Assembly: GCF_036500425.1 (NCBI RefSeq)
Contig: NZ_DASYCB010000077.1
Coordinates: forward strand, 26,411-90,410
Reading direction: 5' to 3'
DNA from: Luteibacter sp.
GTDB taxonomy: Bacteria; Pseudomonadota; Gammaproteobacteria; Xanthomonadales; Rhodanobacteraceae
Length of the DNA stretch: 64,000 nt
In this document: positions 45,301 to 53,924 of the stretch, one piece after another
How the letters are laid out: each line of letters opens with the position of its first letter
Position numbering within the stretch: the stretch's first letter is position 1
The notes under the pieces: model-generated
Told to the model about the DNA's origin: nothing
Database searches by the model: none
The model's input: the letters and a program-made list of their open reading frames with translations, nothing else
Made by a program: the position numbers and the translations under genes

Positions 45301-47890
45301 TGGCGGCCAGAAGGTCTGAGACATCCCCGAGCGCACGTGCGACCTGAGCAGGGCTGAAGCCACTCGATATGCCTCCTACGACCAGCCCGAAGGTATTGTC
45401 GAATGGCGGTTGCCGCGACTTGTCGGCAATCTGGCCGAGGCGCGACCCGTTCCACAGCACCGACCAGTAGTCGGAATTGCACTCGACGGACAGGAAGGGG
45501 ACCGGGTCGACACCGGTCGGTCCCCCGGGGGACTGCAGGCACATGACTAGCAGGTCGGGTACGCAGTCGGGATCGAGGATACTGGCCGCAGGACAGGGTA
45601 GCGGGTCATCGCCCTCCACCGCGTCATATAGCACCCCTTGTGCGAGGCAATGCCAGGCCAGGCGCAACGGATGCAATGGGGAAAGCATGATCGCGTCGGG
45701 CACGCGTGCAAGCGTGCGGCCATCGGCTTCCCTCGGGCATACGGCGACGACGTCCACCCAGCAAGCGATATCGCGGTCGGCGGCGAGCCACGCGGTGTAC
45801 GTATCGAGGTATTTCTCCACCAAGGTGCGGAAGCCAGGGTCTCGTGCAAGCCACTTGCCGAGTGGGGCGGACTCGAGGAGGCCTGCGTGGTCGCTGGTCT
45901 CCCTTACCCGGCGGGCGATCTCCTGCCGCGCATCCACGAACCCAGGCGGGGGCACGAACAACGCGGCCTCGGGCCTCGGGTCGTGGAGGAAGCGCGCCTG
46001 TGAAAGGATCGGTCCGGCAGGCGCCTCCCAGTCCGGCGACGTCCACTTGGTCGCGTAGTCATCGGAGAGCACCAAGGGGATGAAGGACCTGCCCGCGTTC
46101 TGCTCCTCGAGCATCCATGCCTGCAGGCTGGATGAACGGGCATGGCGGTCAAGCTGCACGACGGCCTTGGTGTCGAACTTCTCAAGGTGGCGACGGTTGA
46201 GCTTGATGAGGCGCTCGAACTCGCTCCTGCATCCTTCCTCCTTGGCTTCCTCGCAGGTGACATAGACCCTGCAGGTCTCCGCGCCGCGGCCTGGCATCTG
46301 GAAGGAGACATCAAGTTGGTAGTTGCCGTCGGCTTCTATCTCTACCTGGTAGCTCCCGTCCTTGGCCGGGTGTAGCTGGAGTGGTTGCCTGGCCTCCGTG
46401 GCTTGCTCGGTCGCGTCGTCGGGTACCCCCTCTACTTGCGTGATGGCGACACCGGGCGACACGAGGAGGAGGAGCTCGTAGCGACCCGAGCCGGGAACCG
46501 AGAGCGCCGCTTCCCAATCGGCCCGGGCATTACCCTTGCGTGGCTTCTTCGGCAGCGACAGCTTGGTTGCCATCCGGGAGGTGACGACAATGCCTGGAAG
46601 CCAGCTCGCAAGCGAGATGACCCTAGCCGTGGCGCTCTTCCGCCCGATGGCGGTGATCTTGTAGCTAGCCGGGGAGCGTTGCCCGCTCGAGGGCAGCTTA
46701 TCCTGATGCGATACCGTTCCCTTGACCTGAATCGATACGGCGGTCTTGCCGTGCGATCCGCCCGTGAGGGACACCTCCACGGGGCCATCTTCCCCCGTTG
46801 GGCCGACGGACATGGAAAGCTCGACCCCCGAGCGCACGATCGCCGGCATTCCGCGGGTAACCGGGAGGATGGCGTTTGCGCAGGCGATCGAGAGGTCGCC
46901 GGCTGGCCCGTCGGGCTCCTCCGCGAGAAGTTCGGCCCAGCACTCGCTCGTCAAGGTCGACCACCATGAGGGTGGCGGCTCGAGCTCGAGGGTATCCGAT
47001 GGTAGGTAGAAGGCGGGCGCAGCGCGGTCGAAGGCCGTTGGCACGTCGCAATTCGCCTGCACGTGCGCCAGGAAGGCAGGGAGCGCCTGCTTGGACGGCT
47101 CGGTCGTGGCCACGGCTGCCAGCCGGTCGATGCTGGTCTTGAAGCCATCGGCCATCTCGTCCGCGACCTTTTCCAGGATGCCAAGCTGCGTCCTGGCGAC
47201 AACGCCGCCGTCCTGCAGGGGCGGCAGGCCGCAGGCGAGCGCCACGGCCGAACCTGGTGGCAATCCCCGTGCATCGTCGCGGATCGAGTAGATGCGCGAC
47301 AACAACCGCCACGTACCCCCACTAGGAGCTACCTCGTCGACTGCTGCTGCCGCTCGCCCGACGAGCAGCCTTGCATCGTCGAGCGAGTCCTCGCCGATGC
47401 CAGCGTCCGTGAGCCCCTGAGTGACCAGCTGCTGGATGAAACCGTCTTCCCACCATGCCTCGAACGTCGCGTGGCCGGTATTGTTGGAGGCGTTCATGCC
47501 GAACTCCTCCGTCGTCGACGCCACCGACCTGTTGCTGTGCTGCCCCGGCGGCATGAGCGCCACGAAGCTGGCCATGTTGGGATCGTTGCGGATGTGCAGG
47601 AGGTGGCTTTCGTCGCACTTGCCGGATACGCCGATGCCCGGGTTGCGACCGGCAGCGTGGCCAGGCGGGAGCTGTAGCAATACGGGCAGGACGGCCCCGG
47701 TGCTACCTGGGCCGTGCACCACGCTTATCCCACCAGGAGTGGCAAGTTCGTCGAAGACCTTCTCGAGGATCTCCAGCGGCGGCCCGTGGAAGACGAAGCG
47801 GGACTCGTGCTGGTCGCCCCCTTGCTCGCGTGCCGCGCCCTGGACCTTGTCGCGGACGATGCGGGCGAGGGTATTTATGAGTCTATTCAT
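42344..47890 (-). CDS. Giant (1848 aa) defence-type protein: large unassigned N-terminal region, PD-x18-ExK nuclease-like motif, C-terminal HerA/FtsK-like P-loop ATPase (DptH-like by architecture, unverified)
   Basis: Walker A VGDLGTGKTQ (DNA ~43346-43372). Walker B YLLVDEADN (42683-42706). RPDLLVVGF...LTPIEVKCR (44162-44236). ATGA overlap with the upstream gene at 47887-47890. Confidence 0.85.
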   Translation of the reverse strand: MNRLINTLARIVRDKVQGAAREQGGDQHESRFVFHGPPLEILEKVFDELATPGGISVVHGPGSTGAVLPVLLQLPPGHAAGRNPGIGVSGKCDESHLLHIRNDPNMASFVALMPPGQHSNRSVASTTEEFGMNASNNTGHATFEAWWEDGFIQQLVTQGLTDAGIGEDSLDDARLLVGRAAAAVDEVAPSGGTWRLLSRIYSIRDDARGLPPGSAVALACGLPPLQDGGVVARTQLGILEKVADEMADGFKTSIDRLAAVATTEPSKQALPAFLAHVQANCDVPTAFDRAAPAFYLPSDTLELEPPPSWWSTLTSECWAELLAEEPDGPAGDLSIACANAILPVTRGMPAIVRSGVELSMSVGPTGEDGPVEVSLTGGSHGKTAVSIQVKGTVSHQDKLPSSGQRSPASYKITAIGRKSATARVISLASWLPGIVVTSRMATKLSLPKKPRKGNARADWEAALSVPGSGRYELLLLVSPGVAITQVEGVPDDATEQATEARQPLQLHPAKDGSYQVEIEADGNYQLDVSFQMPGRGAETCRVYVTCEEAKEEGCRSEFERLIKLNRRHLEKFDTKAVVQLDRHARSSSLQAWMLEEQNAGRSFIPLVLSDDYATKWTSPDWEAPAGPILSQARFLHDPRPEAALFVPPPGFVDARQEIARRVRETSDHAGLLESAPLGKWLARDPGFRTLVEKYLDTYTAWLAADRDIACWVDVVAVCPREADGRTLARVPDAIMLSPLHPLRLAWHCLAQGVLYDAVEGDDPLPCPAASILDPDCVPDLLVMCLQSPGGPTGVDPVPFLSVECNSDYWSVLWNGSRLGQIADKSRQPPFDNTFGLVVGGISSGFSPAQVARALGDVSDLLAAKPIVSLVVSSGGGATDACNEGLATWCTRRFGNREAPSPRQGVGPRILEVFDTRPAESRPDQATIANLSEDTGNHVRWFDKQPPGTKPDLGIIAQLDAAQPESAAVGMRSPLGTGGLIRHRIRRQLHGAFLSESRQALPVAPSGEMFADKVAHCISALEGGHDDATGLQFAPNVHAVASMLEDKKAGFVAVSSSAIDPACFLGGWIRGTYLWDYDLPSYSHRAGDTSGYYLLSQVRDADRDALGRVLRPLPGCGELGDGQIEQVLLEVARRGIPTIRGLSGDDSGATGDLGLFLAVRLLQDQFRTSGNLDSILPVLSGSPGDASIAIIIPVDPFRGYLADLARSLGKERKDTSLSRPDLLVVGFRVSEGSTRIHLTPIEVKCRQQGSTLSQNDAKDALGQARALSSLLKAMEERATKSLAWKLAYQHLLLSMVGFGLRVYSQHELVKEQAGRWAGYHERIAAAILGPAPEITIDDHGRLVVVDGSPLSDAHDHDGDGFHESISISPKDAGRIVGGDAQGLYDVVRAKVGEWRLLPPPPAAAGTLRSDATPDQPYQPSTPGATPGSEGSGGAPSAVPGMADIASEPVVRGQHPLPAEPAATIAPVGEDSTGIVLSIGRTVDGFEPRPLALNISDTRLNHLNIGVVGDLGTGKTQLLKSLIFQVATARRENRGIKPRFLVFDYKRDYSSPEFVEATGARVVKPAHLPLNLFDTSSMGESMVPWLDRFRFFADVLDKVYSGIGPVQRDKLKGAVRNAYVACATQGRQPTIYDIHTEYRELLGGKSDSPMAIIDDLVDMEVFEKDPAKTKPFDEFLDGIVVVSLDAMGQDDRSKNMLVAIMLNMFYENMLRTPKRPFLGTDPQLRVVDSYLLVDEADNIMRYEFDVLRKLLLQGREFGTGVVLASQYLRHFKTSTTDYRDPLLTWFIHKVPNVTPAELGALGFTSDLGDLSERVKTLPNHHCLYKTSGVAGEVIRGLPFYELERDRPRET

Positions 47891-49419
47891 TCTTCCTTGT
47901 CCGTGGCCAGGTTGGCTGGGAAGGGCGGCAACAGCAGCATCCCGCTCTCGGCATCCGGGCTGTCTAGCACCAGGCCAAGCATCCTGAGCTGGTGGCCGAG
48001 GTCGTTCCGTGCAATGTCTTGCCGGTCCACGACGATCCCGTAGGAAGCCAGATGCTGGCCTAGCCTATGGATCGAGCGAGGTCCGCCCATGCCAGACAGG
48101 GCACAGTGGACGAGCGCGAGCACGGCGACTGGCCCCAGGGACACGACCCAAGGGCTGGAAGGGCTGTTGCCCTTCTTCTTGAGTACATAGCCTTGGTCGT
48201 ATCCCCTGAGCAACTGGATGGCGGTTTGGCGCTGGCCCAGGGCGTGCCGTGCGAACTCGAGCAGGTTGGCGCCTATGCCTTTCCTGCAGTTCAGCGCTCG
48301 GGCCTCCTGTTCCCGGATGTCCGCGAGCGCCGCCAGGATCCCGGCCTCCGCCAGCGCTTGCCGGTTGTCACGGATGTGCTGGCAAAGGCTGGCGATGCCC
48401 TCGCTCGAGGAAATGTCCCCGGGATAGGGGACGCTTGCATCCGACAGCGACCATAGGAGTGCATTTATCCCCAGGCGTGCCGACAAGTAGCTGGATGCCT
48501 TGTCCTTCAATCCATGCAGGGCCTTGCCGCCATAGGTCATGTACTGGGCCTTGTCCGGGAAGGCTGCCGCCCGCGTGGCATCGGTCCCGATGGGCCCACC
48601 GCCGGCGAGGGCCTCCGACAGGGATCGCCAGGTCCGTGCCTGTACGTCGCACAGCCATGTCACGTGGGCCACGGCGGCAAGCCGGAGGACTGCCTCCAGC
48701 AGGCTCGTCCATTGCCTGCGGGTCATGGCTTGCTTGGCCTGGATAAGCGCGTGCAGGTCCCTGACGAATTGCCTGGCAGGCATGAACCGGACGTTGTCGA
48801 AGTCATCGTTCGAGAGATTGGCAACCTCCGACTTGGGTACCGGTGCGAGTTGCCAGGGCGTGTGGTTCCCCCACGCAGCGGTTTCTTGCTCGAGCCAACG
48901 GGCGAAGACGTCGTCCTGCCCATCGACGCCCAGTGCAGCGAAGAGGTCTTCCCACAGGGCTTGTGCAGCCTCGTGGTCCCGGGAGCCAAGCCAGACCATG
49001 CGACGCACGAAGCTACCGGCAGGCCACGAGTTGCTGCTCAGCCGGGCCGAGCCGGAAAAGTGTGCCAGGGACGGGATCAGCGGTGTTACCTGAAGGAATC
49101 GCTTGGCGGATTGGTTGGGTAGCTTCGGGCTCTCGAGTACCCCGTGCAGGACAGCGTTCCAGTCCTCCACGCCTAGCGTTGTGCCATCCGGCGGGCGTTG
49201 TCGCTTGTCCCGCCGCTTTTGTAGCCTTTGCTCGAGGTCGCGACCGGCTTGCGGGACGCTACCTTCGCTGACGGACTCGAATCCGATGATGCGGTAGAGC
49301 GATGCCACCAGTACCTCGGAGCTTGCGTATTCCGGCGCCGGGCTTATGGCGAGCGAGGAATCCTTGTACACCCGATGGGAGTTCTTCCAGGGTGCCTGCC
49401 TGTATTCGGCCAACGTCAT
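47887..49419 (-). CDS. 510-aa protein of unknown function, middle gene of the Dcm-linked operon (DptG-like by position only)
   Basis: Long uninterrupted ORF, translationally coupled on both sides (ATGA at 49416-49419 and 47887-47890). No motif recognised by eye. Confidence 0.8.
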   Translation of the reverse strand: MTLAEYRQAPWKNSHRVYKDSSLAISPAPEYASSEVLVASLYRIIGFESVSEGSVPQAGRDLEQRLQKRRDKRQRPPDGTTLGVEDWNAVLHGVLESPKLPNQSAKRFLQVTPLIPSLAHFSGSARLSSNSWPAGSFVRRMVWLGSRDHEAAQALWEDLFAALGVDGQDDVFARWLEQETAAWGNHTPWQLAPVPKSEVANLSNDDFDNVRFMPARQFVRDLHALIQAKQAMTRRQWTSLLEAVLRLAAVAHVTWLCDVQARTWRSLSEALAGGGPIGTDATRAAAFPDKAQYMTYGGKALHGLKDKASSYLSARLGINALLWSLSDASVPYPGDISSSEGIASLCQHIRDNRQALAEAGILAALADIREQEARALNCRKGIGANLLEFARHALGQRQTAIQLLRGYDQGYVLKKKGNSPSSPWVVSLGPVAVLALVHCALSGMGGPRSIHRLGQHLASYGIVVDRQDIARNDLGHQLRMLGLVLDSPDAESGMLLLPPFPANLATDKEE

Positions 49420-51548
49420 GGTTGCTTCCCTCCCTCGATCGAGACGAAGCTGCCGTCCCAGGAACTCCCGACCTCGGTGCCATCCGCGCCTATCCTGATC
49501 CTTGCGTCCATGAGCACGTCGGGATCCCTCACGATCGGGCCGGACAACCTAGCCTTGGTCGTATCAAGCAAGGCGACGACGGTACGGGGTAGCGACGCCG
49601 GGGACAGCCCGCGCTCCAGTTCCTTGACGGCCTTGAACAGCTCGTATGTCAGGGCAATGGGCTGCAGGGATTGGCCGCTTCCCACCTCGAGGAAGCAGAT
49701 GGGGGATCGTGGCCGCCCAGCCGTAGGAAGGCGGCGCATCCTGACCTGACGGACTGGTACGACGAGGATTGTCTGCCTCTGTTGCGGCGGGAGTGGTTGC
49801 CCGAACGTGGTCGTGAGGGATACCTCGAAGTCCTGGCCATTGTTCAACAGGTTCTTTACCTGCTTGGCCACCTCGAAGAGCCGCTGGCCCTTGTCGTCGT
49901 CCTCGGCTACTTGCTGGAAGGCCTCCAATATCTGGACGTCCGCCACGACGGCGGAGCGTGTGCAGGCACTGCGCCGGACCAGCCGGCAGGCGAAGTCGCG
50001 GAGGACCCGCTGGAGGCGACTGGCCGCGGCGGGATTCCCCCGGCGGGTAGCAGGCGAGGAAAGCAAGTCGTCCGCCTTGGCCAGCTTGCGTAGCAAGTCG
50101 AGCTCGACCTTCGCCAGCACTTGGTACTTGCGGACGAAGTCGATGCCTCCCGTGATGGACCGGCTGAACCTCGTGTCCAGCTCGCCCAGTAGCACCTTGC
50201 TCCGCCCGCTGACCGCTACCTCGATGTCCGGGCTGGCCATGGCTGGGTCCAAGAGGTCCACCAGGCTTTCCAGCAGCGACGCGATCGTCGCAGGCAGGTA
50301 CGAGTCCTTGCGTTCCTGGAGGAAGTGCTGGAGTCCGAGCAGGACGCGTGCCTCGCTCGTCTCTTTGCCAAGCCCGAGGTCCTTGATGCCCTGTCGCAAC
50401 GTGCTGGCGGCTTCCGGGTCCCAGCGGTGGAAAAGCGCGTGTTGGTAGCTGGACATCGCGAGGTGGAACGGGGCGCTCAACTGCTGTCGTCGCGGATTGC
50501 TGGCCTGCTCCCCTGCCTTGTCCTGCGCTACCAGGTACGCGGCCCACTGGCATGGATCGCCTTGCTGGTCCTGCCCGGATGACTGGTTGCCCGCTAGCAA
50601 GTAGGAGACTAGGGAGAACAGGTCCCGGAAGCTCCAGCGCTTGCCACTGGCCAGCTCGTACCAGCGAAGGATTCGTAGCAATGCCGCACGGTTTTCCTCG
50701 CGGGCCAGCAGGGCCTGGCTATGGCAGAAGGGACAGTCATCGCCGGCGGGACATTCGCCTGGGCCGGGCCAATGCACGGGGCTCGTGGCGTACGCCAGGA
50801 GGGTAGAGGCAGGGCAGGGTTGCCCATCGCCTGGGCTTACCAGCAACGACTCGGCGTCCATGGGCCAGACGGCGATTTCCGGGAACCCGTCGAGCGGCCA
50901 GCATGAGGGGGCCGTGGATGAAAGACTGACGGCCCGGGTAATCGCCTCGAGCAAGTCGCGTGCTGGGCCAAGGCCGTGGTCTAGCGCATGGATCAACGCG
51001 TCGTCGAGGACACCACGGTTGACGCAGCAGAGGTAGTAGCGCTCACCGGGGCCGCCCAGCAGTGCAAGCAGTTCCTCGACCAGTAGCTCGGGGGCCGTGC
51101 GTCCTTCCTGTCCGGCCGTGGCGGACGCGTCCTGCACGATGGACAGTTCCATCGGTCGTGGCACGGAGGCAAGGCTACCCGCGTCGACATCGACGACTCT
51201 GGCGACGGCTTGTCCAGCAGGTGGGTGGAACGAGACGGACAACGTCTCCAGCAGCCTGCCCCCGGCCGCCAGCCCCTGATCCAGACAGTTGATGGTGTGC
51301 TCGATTGCCTCGGTCTTACCGTTCCCGGGGCCGCCGACAAGCAGCAGTATCCGGGGCGTGCCGGGGTTCCCGGAGGCTACTTCCCCGGCCCAGGACTCGA
51401 GCCGCGAGATCAGGTGGGTCCGCAGCAACTCCTTGCCAGGCCGGCCGCTGCCGGGGTCGAATAGGCGCTTGACCCCGCCGGAGTGGTGTCCTGCCCATCC
51501 AAGGAGGTCCTTTGGGAACCTGGGGCTTGGCCCCGGCACGTTTTCCAT
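49416..51548 (-). CDS. 710-aa P-loop NTPase with Cys cluster (DptF-like by architecture, unverified)
   Basis: Strong purine-rich RBS upstream of ATG 51548. Walker A LLLVGGPGNGKTEA (DNA ~51309-51335). ECPAGDDCPFCH cysteine cluster. Long helical C-terminal part. Confidence 0.85.
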   Translation of the reverse strand: MENVPGPSPRFPKDLLGWAGHHSGGVKRLFDPGSGRPGKELLRTHLISRLESWAGEVASGNPGTPRILLLVGGPGNGKTEAIEHTINCLDQGLAAGGRLLETLSVSFHPPAGQAVARVVDVDAGSLASVPRPMELSIVQDASATAGQEGRTAPELLVEELLALLGGPGERYYLCCVNRGVLDDALIHALDHGLGPARDLLEAITRAVSLSSTAPSCWPLDGFPEIAVWPMDAESLLVSPGDGQPCPASTLLAYATSPVHWPGPGECPAGDDCPFCHSQALLAREENRAALLRILRWYELASGKRWSFRDLFSLVSYLLAGNQSSGQDQQGDPCQWAAYLVAQDKAGEQASNPRRQQLSAPFHLAMSSYQHALFHRWDPEAASTLRQGIKDLGLGKETSEARVLLGLQHFLQERKDSYLPATIASLLESLVDLLDPAMASPDIEVAVSGRSKVLLGELDTRFSRSITGGIDFVRKYQVLAKVELDLLRKLAKADDLLSSPATRRGNPAAASRLQRVLRDFACRLVRRSACTRSAVVADVQILEAFQQVAEDDDKGQRLFEVAKQVKNLLNNGQDFEVSLTTTFGQPLPPQQRQTILVVPVRQVRMRRLPTAGRPRSPICFLEVGSGQSLQPIALTYELFKAVKELERGLSPASLPRTVVALLDTTKARLSGPIVRDPDVLMDARIRIGADGTEVGSSWDGSFVSIEGGKQP

Positions 51549-51573
51549 GATCTTCCCCTTCTTCCTTCGTCCT

Positions 51574-52917
51574 TCACAATGCCATGGCGGCTACGGGCTC
51601 TGGCCGGTTGGCCTTGCTGGCTTGCGCATGCCGTCTGGACACCTGCTCATCCAGTTCTTCGAGGACGGACGTGACGGCAAGGCCGATGGCCTCGGCGAGC
51701 AGGGGCGGGACTGCATTGCCTACCTGCGTATACCGCGGGCATTCCTTAGTGCGTAGCTTGCCGCCGGTCGTGAACTTGCCCCGGAAGCGGAACCAGTCCG
51801 GGAAGCCCTGTAGACGGGCGCTCTCCCTCACGGTGAGGATCCTGGGTTCCGAGTAGTGCAGGACATCGTCCGGCAAGGTCGTGATCGTAGGCGCCGGTTC
51901 CCAAGGTGACATTACATAGATCCGGTGCTTCTTAAGGCCGAACCTTGCGCGGTTCTTCTCGTTCATCGTGACACCTTGCGTGCATTCCTTGATGATCTTC
52001 TTGAAGCGTGCCCGGACATCGTCCCTGTGCCGGGCCAGGCGCATGCTGTCCATGGAGTCGGTGCGGCAATGCTTGTGCATCAACCGCTGGTAGTTGGTTA
52101 GTGGCCCAAGGTAGTAGGCTTCCTCGAACCCCCCTCGCGAGAAGGGGTCGGTACAAGGCTGGGTGGACGTTTGGTGGACCAGGAGGTCCGATATCGCATC
52201 CTCCGCGGAGACTGGCTTGGTCTTGGGCAGGCCATGCCTGGAAAGCATCTCGACTCGCATGGACTCGAGCGCCTCGAAGGCATGCATGACACCGCCCTCT
52301 AGCTGGGAGGCCAAGTGCTTCTGGACGCCGATGACGATCAGCCGCGAGCGGCGCTGGGGTACGCCGAAGCGGGACGCGTCAACGATCTCGCCATGGACCT
52401 CGTAGCCGATGGCCTCGAGGCTTTTCTTGAGCTTGTCGTAATACGATTCGGCTGCTTGCCCGCATGCTCCTTCTTCCCCTTGCTTGCTGGAGTGCGCGAC
52501 CTTCATTCCCGGCACGTTCTCGAGTACCAGGATGGATGGCCTAATGGTGTCTACGACCTGGACGTATCTCTCGAAGAGCTGGTTGCGTGGATCGTCCTCT
52601 CGTCGCCGACCGGCGAAGCTAAATCCCTGGCATGGAGGGCCTCCAGCAAGGACTTGGATCCCGCCTTTCAACCTGGCGAGGTCGCCATGGTGCTTGTCCA
52701 GCAGGTCATCGATGCCCCAAGCCCGTTTCTCCAGCCAGGATGGCCAGTCGAACTTATCGACGGGAACCTTGCGATCGCCGAGGAGGTTGCCGGAGAACGT
52801 ATCGAATGCCATGGGATCCCGCTCCACGGCGAACCTCCCCTGAAGCCCGGCCATGGAGAGGCCCAGCGAAAGGCCACCACAGCCTGAGAAGAGATCTACG
52901 AATTTGTACTTGGACAT
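51574..52917 (-). CDS. dcm: DNA (cytosine-5)-methyltransferase
   Basis: Motif I FVDLFSGCGG, IV GGPPCQGFSFAG, VI LVLENVPG, VIII QRRSRLIVIG, X GNAVPPLL. Start set at ATG 52917 (MSKYKF); upstream in-frame starts at 52935 and 53073 are possible. Confidence 0.93.
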   Translation of the reverse strand: MSKYKFVDLFSGCGGLSLGLSMAGLQGRFAVERDPMAFDTFSGNLLGDRKVPVDKFDWPSWLEKRAWGIDDLLDKHHGDLARLKGGIQVLAGGPPCQGFSFAGRRREDDPRNQLFERYVQVVDTIRPSILVLENVPGMKVAHSSKQGEEGACGQAAESYYDKLKKSLEAIGYEVHGEIVDASRFGVPQRRSRLIVIGVQKHLASQLEGGVMHAFEALESMRVEMLSRHGLPKTKPVSAEDAISDLLVHQTSTQPCTDPFSRGGFEEAYYLGPLTNYQRLMHKHCRTDSMDSMRLARHRDDVRARFKKIIKECTQGVTMNEKNRARFGLKKHRIYVMSPWEPAPTITTLPDDVLHYSEPRILTVRESARLQGFPDWFRFRGKFTTGGKLRTKECPRYTQVGNAVPPLLAEAIGLAVTSVLEELDEQVSRRHAQASKANRPEPVAAMAL

Positions 52918-53133
52918 GTTCTGGGCTGTTTCCATGGCTTCTGGTCGCATAACGCGTTCGGGCAGGACGCAGTCGTCACGCTGCCGCCCCGGGGCGTGGC
53001 CAGGGTCGGGGGTGTCTCGACGTGACTGGCGCATCGATCTCGCTGCGCCGGTGCCGTGGATATGCGCGTTCAATTGGGCACCCCTGCCGGGTGCCCTGGG
53101 CAGTCACCCGGGAGTGCCTTGGTTCCCATGGGA

Positions 53134-53730
53134 TCAGTCACGTGCGGACTCTCTTCCGATTGCCTGTGCCATCCAGGATGGGAACATCGCGCGCGTGGCA
53201 GTCAGTGCACGCCACTCGGGCGCTGGCAAGGAACGTCGTAGTGCTACCAGTGCCTTGCCGGCATGTGCCGGCCCCATCCAGGCCAGGGCTCTAACCGCGG
53301 CGCCTGCTGGGCTGCTACCTAGCGCCAGCATCCAATGGGGTGCGTGCTTCATGAGTACTTCCGCGCGCCCCAGTTTCAATTTTCTGGTGCGCCCGGAGGT
53401 CAGGTAGACTGACCTTGCGGGCACCTGCCTCGTCAACCCAAGGAGGTTGGCTGCATTGGCTCCATGCGGCGTGACCATCTCGCCGTTTTGCTCGGCCATC
53501 GCCTTGATGACCTTATCGGGAGCGGGCGCGCGCGTACCATGCTGGCCAGCAACAGGGGCAACGTATGTACCTCGTGCTACACGTAGTAGCTCGCCTTCCT
53601 TCGCGAGACGAGAGAAGGCCTGGTCGACTGCCGCCCGGCTTCCAAGGTGGAGGAATTCCTTGGGCGAAAGTATGCCTCCCTCCGCAAGGGACTGCGCATG
53701 CAACAGGATCGACTCTGGCAACGTTTTCAT
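53134..53730 (-). CDS. AbiEi-like / DUF6088-type putative transcriptional regulator (no AbiEii partner present)
   Basis: 198 aa. LSPKEFLHLGSRAAVDQAFSRLAKEGELLRVARGTYVAP matches the N-terminal winged-helix pattern of AbiEi-type antitoxins as I recall it. First gene of the minus-strand string. Confidence 0.6.
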   Translation of the reverse strand: MKTLPESILLHAQSLAEGGILSPKEFLHLGSRAAVDQAFSRLAKEGELLRVARGTYVAPVAGQHGTRAPAPDKVIKAMAEQNGEMVTPHGANAANLLGLTRQVPARSVYLTSGRTRKLKLGRAEVLMKHAPHWMLALGSSPAGAAVRALAWMGPAHAGKALVALRRSLPAPEWRALTATRAMFPSWMAQAIGRESARD

Positions 53731-53924
53731 GTCGGCTTCTCGCGATGTAAGAATCTTACGCTAGTTTCTGACATTCATGTGCTTGGACCTTCCAGGCACC
53801 GTATCTGTAGGCTTGTCCATAACGACTTGGCGGGCGAAGCCTGCGCCTTTGCTTTCTCACGCGATGCGACTTGGCCCAATTGGCATGCGCGGCACGAACA
53901 GCCGGTACGCCGCGTTGTACTCAC

